A DNA stretch of 64,000 bases from a virus (taxonomy: Duplodnaviria > Caudoviricetes). The stretch's first letter is position 1, and each line of letters begins with the position of its first letter. The notes under the pieces are model-generated. The model did no database searches, was not told the DNA's origin, and worked only from the letters and a program-made list of their open reading frames with translations. The stretch covers positions 32,001 through 96,000 of the IMG/VR virus record IMGVR_UViG_3300033076_001039, one strand, 5' to 3'. This document shows positions 10,901-20,200 of this stretch, piece after piece. The position numbers and the translations under genes were made by a program.

Positions 10901-12946
10901 TGTTAAACTACCTGTTCTACTTGTATTCTTGTAAGTATATATTGGTTCGGGTCTTCCGATGAAATCATTTTGATTCCAACTTGCTTGAACTGACTCATTA
11001 AAAGTTAGGTTATATGGTGGGAACCACATTACTCGACCTCCGTTTGGACCTCTTTCACATACCGCCAAATCAGAAACAGAATAACCAGGGGAATTTGATG
11101 TCGCCCATGCCAAGTTTTCCAAAGAGAACATGTATTTCTTCGCATAACCATTATTCATCGTACCAATAATGTTGGTAGAGTCTTGTCCACCTTCTTGTTT
11201 GTTTGGTGCAATATTAAGATTATATGTTTTATCTAACACTGACCATGAGAATCTTCTACCTTCAGTAGTAATACCATCTTGTTTTTGTAAGTCGTTGTAT
11301 TGTAGGTATGGTACGTCTTTGGCAAATACACGACAATATTCAGTCCCTACTTCTTGTCCAATTGCACCAACATAACTTAACACCCTTGAACCTTTAGTAA
11401 GTTCTTTGTACCCGTCGTTGAATACTTTACTAACTTGGTCAATTGCATTACCTGCGTGTTTTAGACGATTACCACCTTGTGGTTGGCTGTCAATAAGTCT
11501 CTGTGTATCATCAAGAATTGAACCTTCTCTAAATGTTCTTTCTGTAGACTCTGTCGTATTATATGATGATGGTTTAAAGTCCTCATCGTCATTTGTAATT
11601 TGACCACCAATACCTACTTTCTTACCAGCATTACCTTTGTATTTAGGAGAAACCCATGTGAATCCACCTTCAATACCCCCACCGTTACTGTATGTAGGTC
11701 CATTAGCACCAAGTCTAATTTCTTTACTTGGACCCTCATATAACTGAGCAAGTTCTTCAGGACCATAAACAGGTGCTTGTACCTCATTACCGTAAGGGTC
11801 ATTTGGTAATGAACCTGATGGTGAGAATATTCTTGATGGTTCAGATGTAGTAGAACCAACATAGTAGTTAGCATTATTAGTATTTGTACCAACAAGAGCC
11901 CCACCCAACCTATCAATTGCAGTTCTGTCGTAGCTTGGCTTATACCTGTTGAAATTGATATTCTTAAACAACAAAGACTTTTGACCTTGTCCTGTATTTT
12001 CAAAGAATATTTGTGAACCTGTCTTACCAGCACCTAATAGGTTACTGATAAACTTACCTCCCGCAGCCAAGGGATTACCCAACAGAGCTTGTTGGATTGT
12101 TGTTGGTTGTGGTGGATTAATACTTGGGTCCCAATAAGAACCTGGTATTGGTGAGAACGGTAATTGTGAACCAGCAAGACTTAACGCAAACTGAGCAGCG
12201 GCACCCAACGGATTATTTGGTACCGTAATATTATAGTTAGGTTCGATTAGTGGAACATTACCTGTTAAGATATTAACAAGGTTTGTACTACTATTAACAT
12301 TAAGAATGTTTGCCCTACCAATAGTTTCTCTAATGATTGCACGTCCAATTCGGTCTTCAAATTCTCTCTTTAAAGTTTTCGCACCTAAACGAGCAATAAA
12401 TGAATCCGAACTTAATAAACCATTACTACCAAGTGGGTCAGGACTTAATAAGATTGAAACCGAACGATAAGTTGATGCGTTAAACGTTGGGTATGGTTGT
12501 CCATTTGGTGGTCTGTCTTGGTCAGGTCTAACCGTCTCTAAAGTTGTAACTGCCTCACCCGCATCAAAGTTGTTAGAACTTGAGTAGGCGTTTAGTGGTC
12601 TCCACTTTTGAGTCGCAGCAAATCCTGTATCCACAATATGAGCATCCTGTTGACCAGGACCATACTCACCTTTGTTTGATACTGTGTTAAGATTTCCTGA
12701 AATATCAGGTGCAAACTCATATCCCCCCTCATTACCCCATTTATTTAAAGGGTATTGTTTGTCGGCAAAGAAAGTTGTGTCAATTAAAAAATCAGGACTA
12801 TCAATTACTGAAATATCTTGTTGAACTACTTCATATGTAATTGGCGGGGTCGCAGGACTTGGTGATTTAGCATACGGTACTAAATTACGCGTCATCAGTT
12901 TTTTTCTGAATCCTTCGGTACTAATATAATCTAATGGACTACCCAT
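7922..12946 (-). CDS. Large baseplate/tail-tube-initiator-like protein with an internal OmpA-like domain
   Basis: Tube-initiator-like segments WFPPYNLTFNESVQASWNQNDFIGRPEPIYTYKNTSR and APPVLILRIGDFFNTKII...QPMIAKVTLAFNF. OmpA-like segment FYFANDYP...YNKSLSARRIASV...GFGE...RRA. Follows the tape measure gene. Confidence 0.55.
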   Translation of the reverse strand: MGSPLDYISTEGFRKKLMTRNLVPYAKSPSPATPPITYEVVQQDISVIDSPDFLIDTTFFADKQYPLNKWGNEGGYEFAPDISGNLNTVSNKGEYGPGQQDAHIVDTGFAATQKWRPLNAYSSSNNFDAGEAVTTLETVRPDQDRPPNGQPYPTFNASTYRSVSILLSPDPLGSNGLLSSDSFIARLGAKTLKREFEDRIGRAIIRETIGRANILNVNSSTNLVNILTGNVPLIEPNYNITVPNNPLGAAAQFALSLAGSQLPFSPIPGSYWDPSINPPQPTTIQQALLGNPLAAGGKFISNLLGAGKTGSQIFFENTGQGQKSLLFKNINFNRYKPSYDRTAIDRLGGALVGTNTNNANYYVGSTTSEPSRIFSPSGSLPNDPYGNEVQAPVYGPEELAQLYEGPSKEIRLGANGPTYSNGGGIEGGFTWVSPKYKGNAGKKVGIGGQITNDDEDFKPSSYNTTESTERTFREGSILDDTQRLIDSQPQGGNRLKHAGNAIDQVSKVFNDGYKELTKGSRVLSYVGAIGQEVGTEYCRVFAKDVPYLQYNDLQKQDGITTEGRRFSWSVLDKTYNLNIAPNKQEGGQDSTNIIGTMNNGYAKKYMFSLENLAWATSNSPGYSVSDLAVCERGPNGGRVMWFPPYNLTFNESVQASWNQNDFIGRPEPIYTYKNTSRTGSLTWDIVVDHPSVLNVIVNKVLGNETNKTRIDGILDSFFAGCRKYDIYELAKKYYTINPNDLFQMQQAITSKEITKEQMQYIVSEITTTPEAAQANSGGGATGSGGSNGNGGINLKDYEQIGFYFANDYPLPKTAPNYNEMYDEYIGEKPTYLKKSNGPQLDEFYNTVITPNYKIAQQLAIDVAEQIKNSESGTVTISIDSSCSAPQTVAYNKSLSARRIASVIRFFNENPATKKYIEEKRLLVVSGTGFGEVATSAPLKSKKTQEPYSISEMSPAQSVNCTDTNQNAVGGDTQVGAKDIYTTPAMSCRRAFISKIDNQLKAPSPILPPKKTTVVTGNVVTTTETQTQIENVAVVRDNITKRVLRSLLSECDYFEVIKEETPMVFDNLKDKLKFFQPAFHAITPEGLNTRLTFLQQCMRPGDTIPVVKSIGGKDVLEYNNATNTAFGAPPVLILRIGDFFNTKIIPTSLSLAYEQLDINPEGIGVQPMIAKVTLAFNFVGGSGLKESVDKLQNALTFNYYANTEIYDDRADPTDTSYQVLDKEFLQFAALSNVAPPTINNAAPNNGQSNESTIGTVISSSVVESGETGTITYQTFMDNLVTETQTYFTNVVNKNRETVNQYNNALRQQWMLERNYTDGRFLVTELDNTVLFGKPTGYQKRIDDIFEELIDDVKNGDEGFIKSVVDSNLFTTKVVRQLKENYVNILKNKKGTYQNAVTTITQSMTDVQQSYIKFIAKANTVPYFVSAIPNKGSDGKQEKNGNVIPYITIPTTEVDSSSQGVSDTLVELVKDIEKISSGITEFNKVIWEKKTFLYPKNNKLYQGYLVFGPGYKLPEGQKVFVPFSGGLFLDAPFRRVYMLLSDDVVDSKKYETFKNAMIANIINNQGLIGEQINADNLRKSFDDYWTVKAKPAFVEENDITKEFITWVEKNQLQNFLKYTPFPSKKRNFTYTTYQAKEEGRINLIKGLGALENQNTNNKTWNDEYSSNAWISKVKFN

Positions 12947-12988
12947 CTATAACTTTATTAATAAATAGGTTAATTGGTATTTTTTTTA

Positions 12989-14830
12989 TCATTGATATGT
13001 AACAACTCCTGAACCTTTTGTATCTTTTCCAAGACCAGCAACATATTGTTTAAACGCATCACTATTGAATATTTGTGTTAGTTGTTGTTGTGTTAAACCA
13101 TTTGCTCCAACAGGCCCGTCAATTGTAATTTTTATACTCCCCGTTACATCATTTTTAACATTATATGATGATGGTTGTTTTGACTCAATTTGTTTAGATG
13201 TAATTTTTGATTGTATATTTTCACCTAAAATATCAGATTCAGATAGGGGTTTAACTTGAGCTTTAGATTTAACCGCTTCCGCAGCACTGTTTGTTTTAGT
13301 ACCTGTAGCACCTAAAGTTTCGTTTATAAAGTTTTTAAATTCTTTTTCAATTCCACTTGTACCCGTAATCTTTTTATTTGCATCTTGTAGTAAATCTTTT
13401 AATGCGTCTACACCTGTCTGACCCAAGCTACTTGCTTGTTTCATTATACTATTTTCTAACTCTTCAACTTGTTTACTAAAATCTTGCTGACTTATTTTAC
13501 CTGATTCTTTTTGAGTAAATAATTGACTCATCTTGTCAACCGCGTCCGTAACTTTTTTAGTAATTTCAGAACTCTCAGGAACCGCCTTGTCGATTGAACT
13601 AACCACCGCTCTACTAATTCGTTCAGCACCAGTAAGATTACCTCTAACTACAGGTGTTGCAGCAACTCCAAAAGTTCCTTTAGCTATATTAGAATCTAAA
13701 GACGCTTGAATATTTTTCAAAACATCTAACTGACTTATTTGTATATCTTCTAAAGTTTTAGGTCTGGTTTCTTGTTGTTCTCTTAATTTTTCAAATTCTT
13801 CCTGGGTTAAATCCGCTAATTTTTTCTGTTCAACATTACCTTTATCATCTTTAATTTGAACAACATATTCACCTTCTTTACCCATTGTCGCCATATTGGC
13901 CAACAATTGTTTATCTTCTTCAGAATCAAATTGTATTGAAGGACTTATTGCGGATATTCTTTTGTCTAAATCCGCAGCAGCCAATGCTGACTTAGATAAT
14001 TCGGCAGCACTGATACCTGTAACATCTGCCATTTCTTTTAACATTAAGATACCTTGAGGATTTATCTTAAATGTTTTTGTTTTTTCATCAAATTCGGTAA
14101 ATTGTTTTGTGGCGTTGATAATACTGTCTTGTAATGCTCCAGGGTCAGTAAGTGATTGGTTCATCAATGCAAATGGGTCAGTAAGATTTCCTATAGAAAC
14201 ACCTAATCTTTGGAATCCAGCTGCCGCTTCAATTGCGCCCTCAGGTCCCATAACTTTATTTGCAAAGTTCGCGGTGTTTTGCATATCAAACCTCAACATT
14301 GAAGCTTGAGCTGCCATCTTTGTTAACCCAGCAACACCATCAGAAAAACTAAATTGGTTCATCAGTGCCATGTTGTCGGTAACCTCACCCATTACAACTT
14401 GAGCATTCAAACCAATACTTTGTACGTAATCTATCGATTGTTCTAAATTAGTACCAATTTGTGATGCTTCGACACCCGCCTGCGCAAAATTTCTAACAAT
14501 TGTTTCGGTGTCTTTATTAATAATTTTACTGGCAGCATATAATTGACTAACTTGTTCTTCTGTAGCTAAAACATTTCTTTCAGACGCCCTGGCAATATCT
14601 GCCATGGTGTTAGAAACATCTTCAACACTCCCACCTAAACGAATTACACCTGCGGCAGACCTTGCGACAGCGTCCGCCATTTCGTCCATTCTGGTTCTAC
14701 CTTGGAGAAATGCGTTGTTGAGGTTTTCAGCACCTTGGTACATATCCCCAATAGATTCCAATATCTTATCGATAGGAGATTTTAAACCTTCTATGGAGTT
14801 TTTTAGATTTTCAAAATCGTTTTCCGCCAT
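12989..14830 (-). CDS. Putative tail tape measure protein
   Basis: 613 aa, rich in A/Q/K/E/M and helical in character. Canonical position downstream of the tube and tail chaperone genes. Confidence 0.6.
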   Translation of the reverse strand: MAENDFENLKNSIEGLKSPIDKILESIGDMYQGAENLNNAFLQGRTRMDEMADAVARSAAGVIRLGGSVEDVSNTMADIARASERNVLATEEQVSQLYAASKIINKDTETIVRNFAQAGVEASQIGTNLEQSIDYVQSIGLNAQVVMGEVTDNMALMNQFSFSDGVAGLTKMAAQASMLRFDMQNTANFANKVMGPEGAIEAAAGFQRLGVSIGNLTDPFALMNQSLTDPGALQDSIINATKQFTEFDEKTKTFKINPQGILMLKEMADVTGISAAELSKSALAAADLDKRISAISPSIQFDSEEDKQLLANMATMGKEGEYVVQIKDDKGNVEQKKLADLTQEEFEKLREQQETRPKTLEDIQISQLDVLKNIQASLDSNIAKGTFGVAATPVVRGNLTGAERISRAVVSSIDKAVPESSEITKKVTDAVDKMSQLFTQKESGKISQQDFSKQVEELENSIMKQASSLGQTGVDALKDLLQDANKKITGTSGIEKEFKNFINETLGATGTKTNSAAEAVKSKAQVKPLSESDILGENIQSKITSKQIESKQPSSYNVKNDVTGSIKITIDGPVGANGLTQQQLTQIFNSDAFKQYVAGLGKDTKGSGVVTYQ

Positions 14831-14858
14831 TTTATATTATCAGTTTGTATATAAATAG

Positions 14859-14886
14859 AAGAAGGACTAATTTTTTAGTCCTTCTT
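14859..14886 (-). terminator. Perfect 12-bp hairpin after the chaperone genes
   Basis: AAGAAGGACTAA-TTTT-TTAGTCCTTCTT. Overlaps the stop of the 14875-15054 ORF. U-tract is weak. Confidence 0.5.
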
Positions 14887-15054
14887 ATTATCTTCGAGCC
14901 ATTTATTTAGTAGATATTTCCTAACAAATATTGGCATTCGTTCAAAATCTTGATAAGTAATACCCAATAAAGTCCTTAAATAGTAAAATTCGTCAATTTG
15001 ACTTTTTCTATAATCAGAAGAAAGGGCGAAAAAAGTCGACCCCAAAACCAACAT
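14875..15054 (-). CDS. Small tail/baseplate assembly protein (T4 gp51-like or gpT-like), possibly reached by a +1 frameshift from the upstream gene
   Basis: Translated by hand: MLVLGSTFFALSSDYRKSQIDEFYYLRTLLGITYQDFERMPIFVRKYLLNKWLEDNKKD* (59 aa, below the ORF-track cutoff). The Y..F..MP...R pattern is typical of gp51/gpT-like proteins. Confidence 0.65.
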   Translation of the reverse strand: MLVLGSTFFALSSDYRKSQIDEFYYLRTLLGITYQDFERMPIFVRKYLLNKWLEDNKKD

Positions 15055-15757
15055 TAACTGTTAGTTTTTCTCCTGACGGGGCCATAATAGTTTTATTCAT
15101 GTCTAATCTTGGTTCATTTTCATTCATAAAATTTCTAATGAATTTTGAATCCATAATCGGCATTGACTCAATAAATTTGGCAATTCCCGCTTTGTCTGTT
15201 GAGCCGTCTACTTCAACAATTTCTCTTTCCATTCTCCAAGTAACTCGTGGAATTGTTCTACCTTGTGGGTACATCGATGCCATTTTGTTAATTTCCATAA
15301 TCTCCCCATAAGTTAATGGTTTTAACTTAATAGTTGATTGAGACTTTGGTAGAAGTACCGTAAATGAACCGTCCTCATTTGGTTTTTGTTTACCCACTAT
15401 TGACAATTCATCTAACATTACGTTTGTTTGGAAAGGTTTTTTTGTGACGGGGTCAGTCACGTTAATTGTCATCTCAGGACCAAATGCAGTATTTCTCAAA
15501 AATATTAGAATTGCTTCAACATCACCTTCAATTAAATCTTCAACTCTAACATCTGGTTCATAGATTTTAGCTCTTAATAAGGTCATGGTTAAATCATTCG
15601 CCCCACCCATCAAAATATTTTCATCCGATGCCGTTAGGTATCCAACTTTCAAGGATTTCTTTTTATTCTTATAAAAGATACCCTGTGATGGTAATTGAAC
15701 CACGTCGTGTGGTAATGTAAAGTTTTCTTGACCGTAGTCTCTTGCTTGATTTTCCAT
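15014..15757 (-). CDS. Baseplate hub assembly / tail assembly chaperone (T4 gp26-like)
   Basis: VQLPSQGIFY...LTASDENIL...DVEAILIFLRNTAFG, ending in GVDFFRP. Lies between the tube and tape measure genes. Confidence 0.7.
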   Translation of the reverse strand: MENQARDYGQENFTLPHDVVQLPSQGIFYKNKKKSLKVGYLTASDENILMGGANDLTMTLLRAKIYEPDVRVEDLIEGDVEAILIFLRNTAFGPEMTINVTDPVTKKPFQTNVMLDELSIVGKQKPNEDGSFTVLLPKSQSTIKLKPLTYGEIMEINKMASMYPQGRTIPRVTWRMEREIVEVDGSTDKAGIAKFIESMPIMDSKFIRNFMNENEPRLDMNKTIMAPSGEKLTVNVGFGVDFFRPFF

Positions 15758-15759
15758 AT

Positions 15760-15796
15760 AAAAAAATAACCGTAAAGTTTATTAGCTTTACGGTTA
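15760..15796 (-). terminator. Intrinsic terminator downstream of the tail tube gene
   Basis: 11-bp stem TAACCGTAAAG/CTTTACGGTTA followed by a T-run on the minus strand. Confidence 0.65.
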
Positions 15797-15829
15797 AATA
15801 TAAGTGAGTATGATTTTATGTAAACAGTA

Positions 15830-16318
15830 TTAGTATACTAACACACATCTATCCATTCTTAAAGAAGCTGTGATATCCGCCAACGCATCCTGACTGTAAG
15901 ATAACGCTCCGAAGTTTACATCAGTTAAGAATGTTCCATAAAGAATCCATTTCTCAACAACAACTCCTGTTGGGTCCAACATTTCAAGGTCGATGTCTTT
16001 TTTATAACCCGCAGCATAACCCATACGACCTGTCACTGATTCAGCGTGTAAACGAACCCACTCCATAAGTGCTTGTGCCGCTGATGGACCGATAGGGTCA
16101 CGGAACTTAACACTGATTGGGTCCCAGTTAAATCTACCTGCAACGAATGTAGATGTATTCAAAAATTGTATTTCAGTTGCACCAATCTTAATAGATGGTC
16201 TTGAAGCGCTTTCAACAAACCACTCGTTGATACCCAAACTTGACGGAAACCTTAAGATGAAACGGTTCTGACGTTTCGGTTCGTAAGGTATCGGCATTTT
16301 CATTAATAAATCAGCCAT
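15830..16318 (-). CDS. Tail tube protein (T4 gp19-like)
   Basis: 162 aa. EPKRQNRFILRF...GRFNWDPISVKFRD...YKKDIDLEMLDPTGVVVEKWILYGTF. Downstream of the sheath gene. Confidence 0.88.
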   Translation of the reverse strand: MADLLMKMPIPYEPKRQNRFILRFPSSLGINEWFVESASRPSIKIGATEIQFLNTSTFVAGRFNWDPISVKFRDPIGPSAAQALMEWVRLHAESVTGRMGYAAGYKKDIDLEMLDPTGVVVEKWILYGTFLTDVNFGALSYSQDALADITASLRMDRCVLVY

Positions 16319-16417
16319 GTTATTTTAAATTTTGTTTTTTTTGTTTTGTTTATATCCTATAAATATAGTCTTGTTAAAAATTTTTTCTCTTTACTTTTAT
16401 TTTGTTAAGGTTATTCA

Positions 16418-17248
16418 TTACTTATATTCCTTCTTAACGCCACCAGCAGTAGAATAAGTTTTAACTATATTATCTGGTTTATCTTTAAAGTGTTTACTCA
16501 TTACTTCTACATTTCTAACATCATCATCTGAGAATCCAATACTAGGTTGCTCTGGAACGAAGTTATTTGAAATATCATTTTTTACAAATGCTTTCTTATT
16601 TAACAAATTTGCCATTCCTTTAATATAAGAAACGAAATCTTCCATCGCTCGAACCTTTGCTTCTTCAGGGTTGGCAGCACCTTCCTCATCTCCGAAAGAC
16701 ACTGGATGATATTTGTTGAGTTCTAAATACGACTTGATTAATTCATCGTCAGTCATATCGTCCTCGTCGACAAACGTCCTGTATTTTTTAAGGTTCTTAA
16801 CTAGTTGGTCTTTATCGATACCATTAAATCCGTCAATAATATAATTGTAAACGGCTTGTTTTAAAGTGTTGGGGTTGTGACCTCTTGCGGTAATGATTGA
16901 AAAGATTGACCCGTTATTAATAGCTTCTCTGAAGTCATTGAATGCTGGTCCAAGTTTTGCTCTCATTGCATCTATAAGAAAATCTTTATCACCCTCAGTT
17001 CTAAAGTTTTTGAATGGGTCATCACCATATCCTACAATAGTTTCACCATTATATTCAAATGGTTCTTTTCCGATGATTCCTCGGTATTCCGCAAAATCAT
17101 CTGTACTCATACCAACCTCATCACCATCTTCAGTTTTTAATATTATCTTTGTCGGCATGTGAACAATGTTATCATCCCAATCAAATGCATAATATTTCAT
17201 ATCTGGTGTACCCTCACCTTTAAATCCCTCTCTTAATTGTCTCTTCAT
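16418..17248 (-). CDS. HAD-superfamily hydrolase/phosphatase
   Basis: HAD motifs FDWDDNI (I), IITARG (II), K (III) and GFSDDD (IV). ATG at 17248 preferred over TTG at 17257. Confidence 0.65.
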   Translation of the reverse strand: MKRQLREGFKGEGTPDMKYYAFDWDDNIVHMPTKIILKTEDGDEVGMSTDDFAEYRGIIGKEPFEYNGETIVGYGDDPFKNFRTEGDKDFLIDAMRAKLGPAFNDFREAINNGSIFSIITARGHNPNTLKQAVYNYIIDGFNGIDKDQLVKNLKKYRTFVDEDDMTDDELIKSYLELNKYHPVSFGDEEGAANPEEAKVRAMEDFVSYIKGMANLLNKKAFVKNDISNNFVPEQPSIGFSDDDVRNVEVMSKHFKDKPDNIVKTYSTAGGVKKEYK

Positions 17249-17257
17249 ACTTGGCAA

Positions 17258-17283
17258 ATAAAGGGGGTACGGTTAGTACCCCC
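17258..17283 (-). terminator. Intrinsic terminator after the tail sheath gene
   Basis: GGGGGTAC-N5-GTACCCCC hairpin followed by TTTATTT on the minus strand, 10 nt after the sheath stop. Confidence 0.7.
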
Positions 17284-17293
17284 GTTAAGTTTA

Positions 17294-20200
17294 TTAGATG
17301 TTTTCAAACGAAGCTCCTGTTGGAGTGATAAAGAATTCGATGTCGATGAATTCTAACGCCTTCGTTGGTTTCAAGTAAATTTTACCAGTTAATGTATTTC
17401 TATCTAAGTCTTCAGGTGAAGAAGATACAGTTACACGGAAATCGTATAAACCTCTGTCTCTTCTAATTGAATCCAAGATAGGGTTAACACTATCTAAGAA
17501 TTGTTGTCTAACAATTTGGTCGTTTTGTTCGAACAATAATCTTACCGCCACTGCTGAAATCAACTTACGTGCTTGAAGTAATAATCTTCTTACGTTTAAT
17601 CTGTTAAGTGCTGTGTCAGCAATTTGTAAAGTTTTGTTACCCCAAATTACAGTTCCTACATCAGAGAAAGTTGCGATAGGGTTAATTCTACCTTGATACA
17701 ACGTATCTCTATCAGTCTGTGTAAGTTTTTGTCTAGCTTTGATTGAATTAACAAGACCTCTTGTGTAACCCGCCGATGCGAACCATGGGAATGAAATGTT
17801 ATCTGTCAACGCTAAGTTTCTACAAACCTCACCTGTTGGTGGTAAGTAAATTTGAGTGTTATTTACAGTATCTCTTGTTAAAATCCAAGGATAGTAAGTT
17901 GCAGTGTAGTTAGAATCAATTCCTGTGTTATCCAAGTTATCAACTGCTTCTTGTGAGTAGATGATATCTTGAGGATTAGAAGCATCTGGTGTATACATTC
18001 TATAGTCAGGAGTTGTACAGATATAAACTGAGTCAGCTCTTGAATACTGAACCATGTCAATTGCTTCTTCTACAAGGTTTGAGTTATTTACGTAGTCGAT
18101 ACTTGCAGTTGCGAACACGTTGATGTTTGTAGCTTCAGGGTTTGCAAATGTTAAGATACCAAGTAAGTAAGCGTAGTAGTCAGTGTTCGCGAAGTCTTGA
18201 GTATTATTTTGAACAACAATTCTCTTGAACATACCGTCACCTGTTGCAGTTGGGTATCTTGATGATGGGAATGCTCCCGCTAAGTAACCCGATGCACCTA
18301 ATTGGAATCTATCTTCGTTAGTTCTCCACTCTCTGTAAATATCCCATCCGTCAAATCCACCTGCAAAACACACTGTGAATTTTCTTGAGTAGATGAAGTA
18401 GTAAGGATTTTCCTGTGTTGCAGGGTCTTCTCTAAATTCTGCTACACCACATTCAAATGCTGTTTGTCCACTTGACATTGATGTATTTGAAATTGTAACA
18501 ACCGTTGCTCCTGAGTCCATGTGGAAACCTTTACTCAATACGTTCCATTTAACTGAATCTGTTGCAGTTTCCCAACCTGTTTGTGGATTTTGTTTTCCTT
18601 TGTAAGTTAAGAATGATTCATCAATACCATATTGTGTTGAGAACCCTAAGTAACTTCTTCTAACGATATCACCTGGTGATTCTACTGAATTTGAACCTCC
18701 TGTAGCAGTACCAAATGGTGGGTTAGCAATTACCTCTCCTGGATAGTCATATTTAGTTTTGAATTTAGGGTATGGTGATGGATATGTTTGTACGTCAGAA
18801 TACTCTCTTTGTGTATAACCATAGAAACCACAAGGTAGTGCATCTATTGGTGCTTCGTCAGCCATTTCAACCATGATGTATTTTGAAATCAAAGCAAACT
18901 CACCGTTAGATGAACCAATTTTTTTAGCAATAAAGTTGTTAGATGCTGGGTCCAAGTTACAATTTGTAAATTTCTCAATAACTACAGGATTAGCATCAGT
19001 GTCAAAGAAGTTTCTAACAAATACATCAAAAGACATATTGTTGTATGACATGTTTGCCAATGAAACTTTAATTTCAGTATTTGCTGAATCACCATCTGAA
19101 ATTGATATGAACTTAAACAAGTTGTAAACTTTATTACCTCTTAATTCAGAAACAATAAATGGTGTCTCAGGTGATTGGTATCTTTCTAAATTCCAAGCAA
19201 TTGATTGACTTGATTGACTTCTAGCACTTGGTAATGCAATTAATTCAGAATTCAAACCTCTGATGTAACCTTGGTTGTATGCGTAATTCAAACTACCTTG
19301 ATAAATTTCTTCTACAAAAATAGGTGTTTCAAATCTTGACTTACCGAAGTTATCAACACCTAAAACTTTAGTTAAATATTTTGCGGATAAAGCCGATAAT
19401 GAAGTCTCAAACGAGAATGTATCACTATCTTTAGTTACACCTGATAATAAGAATGTTGCAAATGGTGAAGTTGTAATACCTGAATATTGTCCTGTACTAA
19501 CAATTTGTAAATCAGTAAGACCACTAACTTGGTAAACAGGTCCGTGGTTTTCGCTTGTAGAACTATTAGAGTATAATGAAATACCTCTTGAACGTAAGGT
19601 ACCAACTACCATGTTATTAAATTCTGTATATGCAGTTCCTGTGAATGTGTAGGATTCACCTGTAACAGTTCCTGTGAATGAACCTGAACCACCTGATACT
19701 AAATCACTAACAGAATAGTAGAATGAATAACCTGTGTAAGCATTTCCTGAAGAAATGTTAAAGTTAGCGTAGAACCATGGGTCGTTTGATGCTGCAGATA
19801 AATCGTTATCATCAAAAGTATTAACACAATTGTATGGGTTAGTAACCGCAGTATAAGTTGTTGTTAAAGAATCGTAATCAGCATTAGGAATCGCACCATA
19901 TACTACCGCAGTTGTTGCAGATAATGAAGGTGTGTCGATAATTTGACCTAAATAAGCATTGAAGTCTGTTTGTAAAGATGAAACAGAACCGTCTTGAACT
20001 CTATACTGTAGGTTCAAGTTTGATTGAACTTGTGTTGGTAATGCCCCACCCACAAATGTAACCGTACTTCCTGATGCATCACCTGTAAATGTTGCAGTGA
20101 AAGAGGTTGGTGTTGATGGGTCACCAATAGTTGTTGGGTCAACATTGGCAATTAATGATAAACTCCAAGATGGACCCGCATCGTAACCTGACAATCCCAA

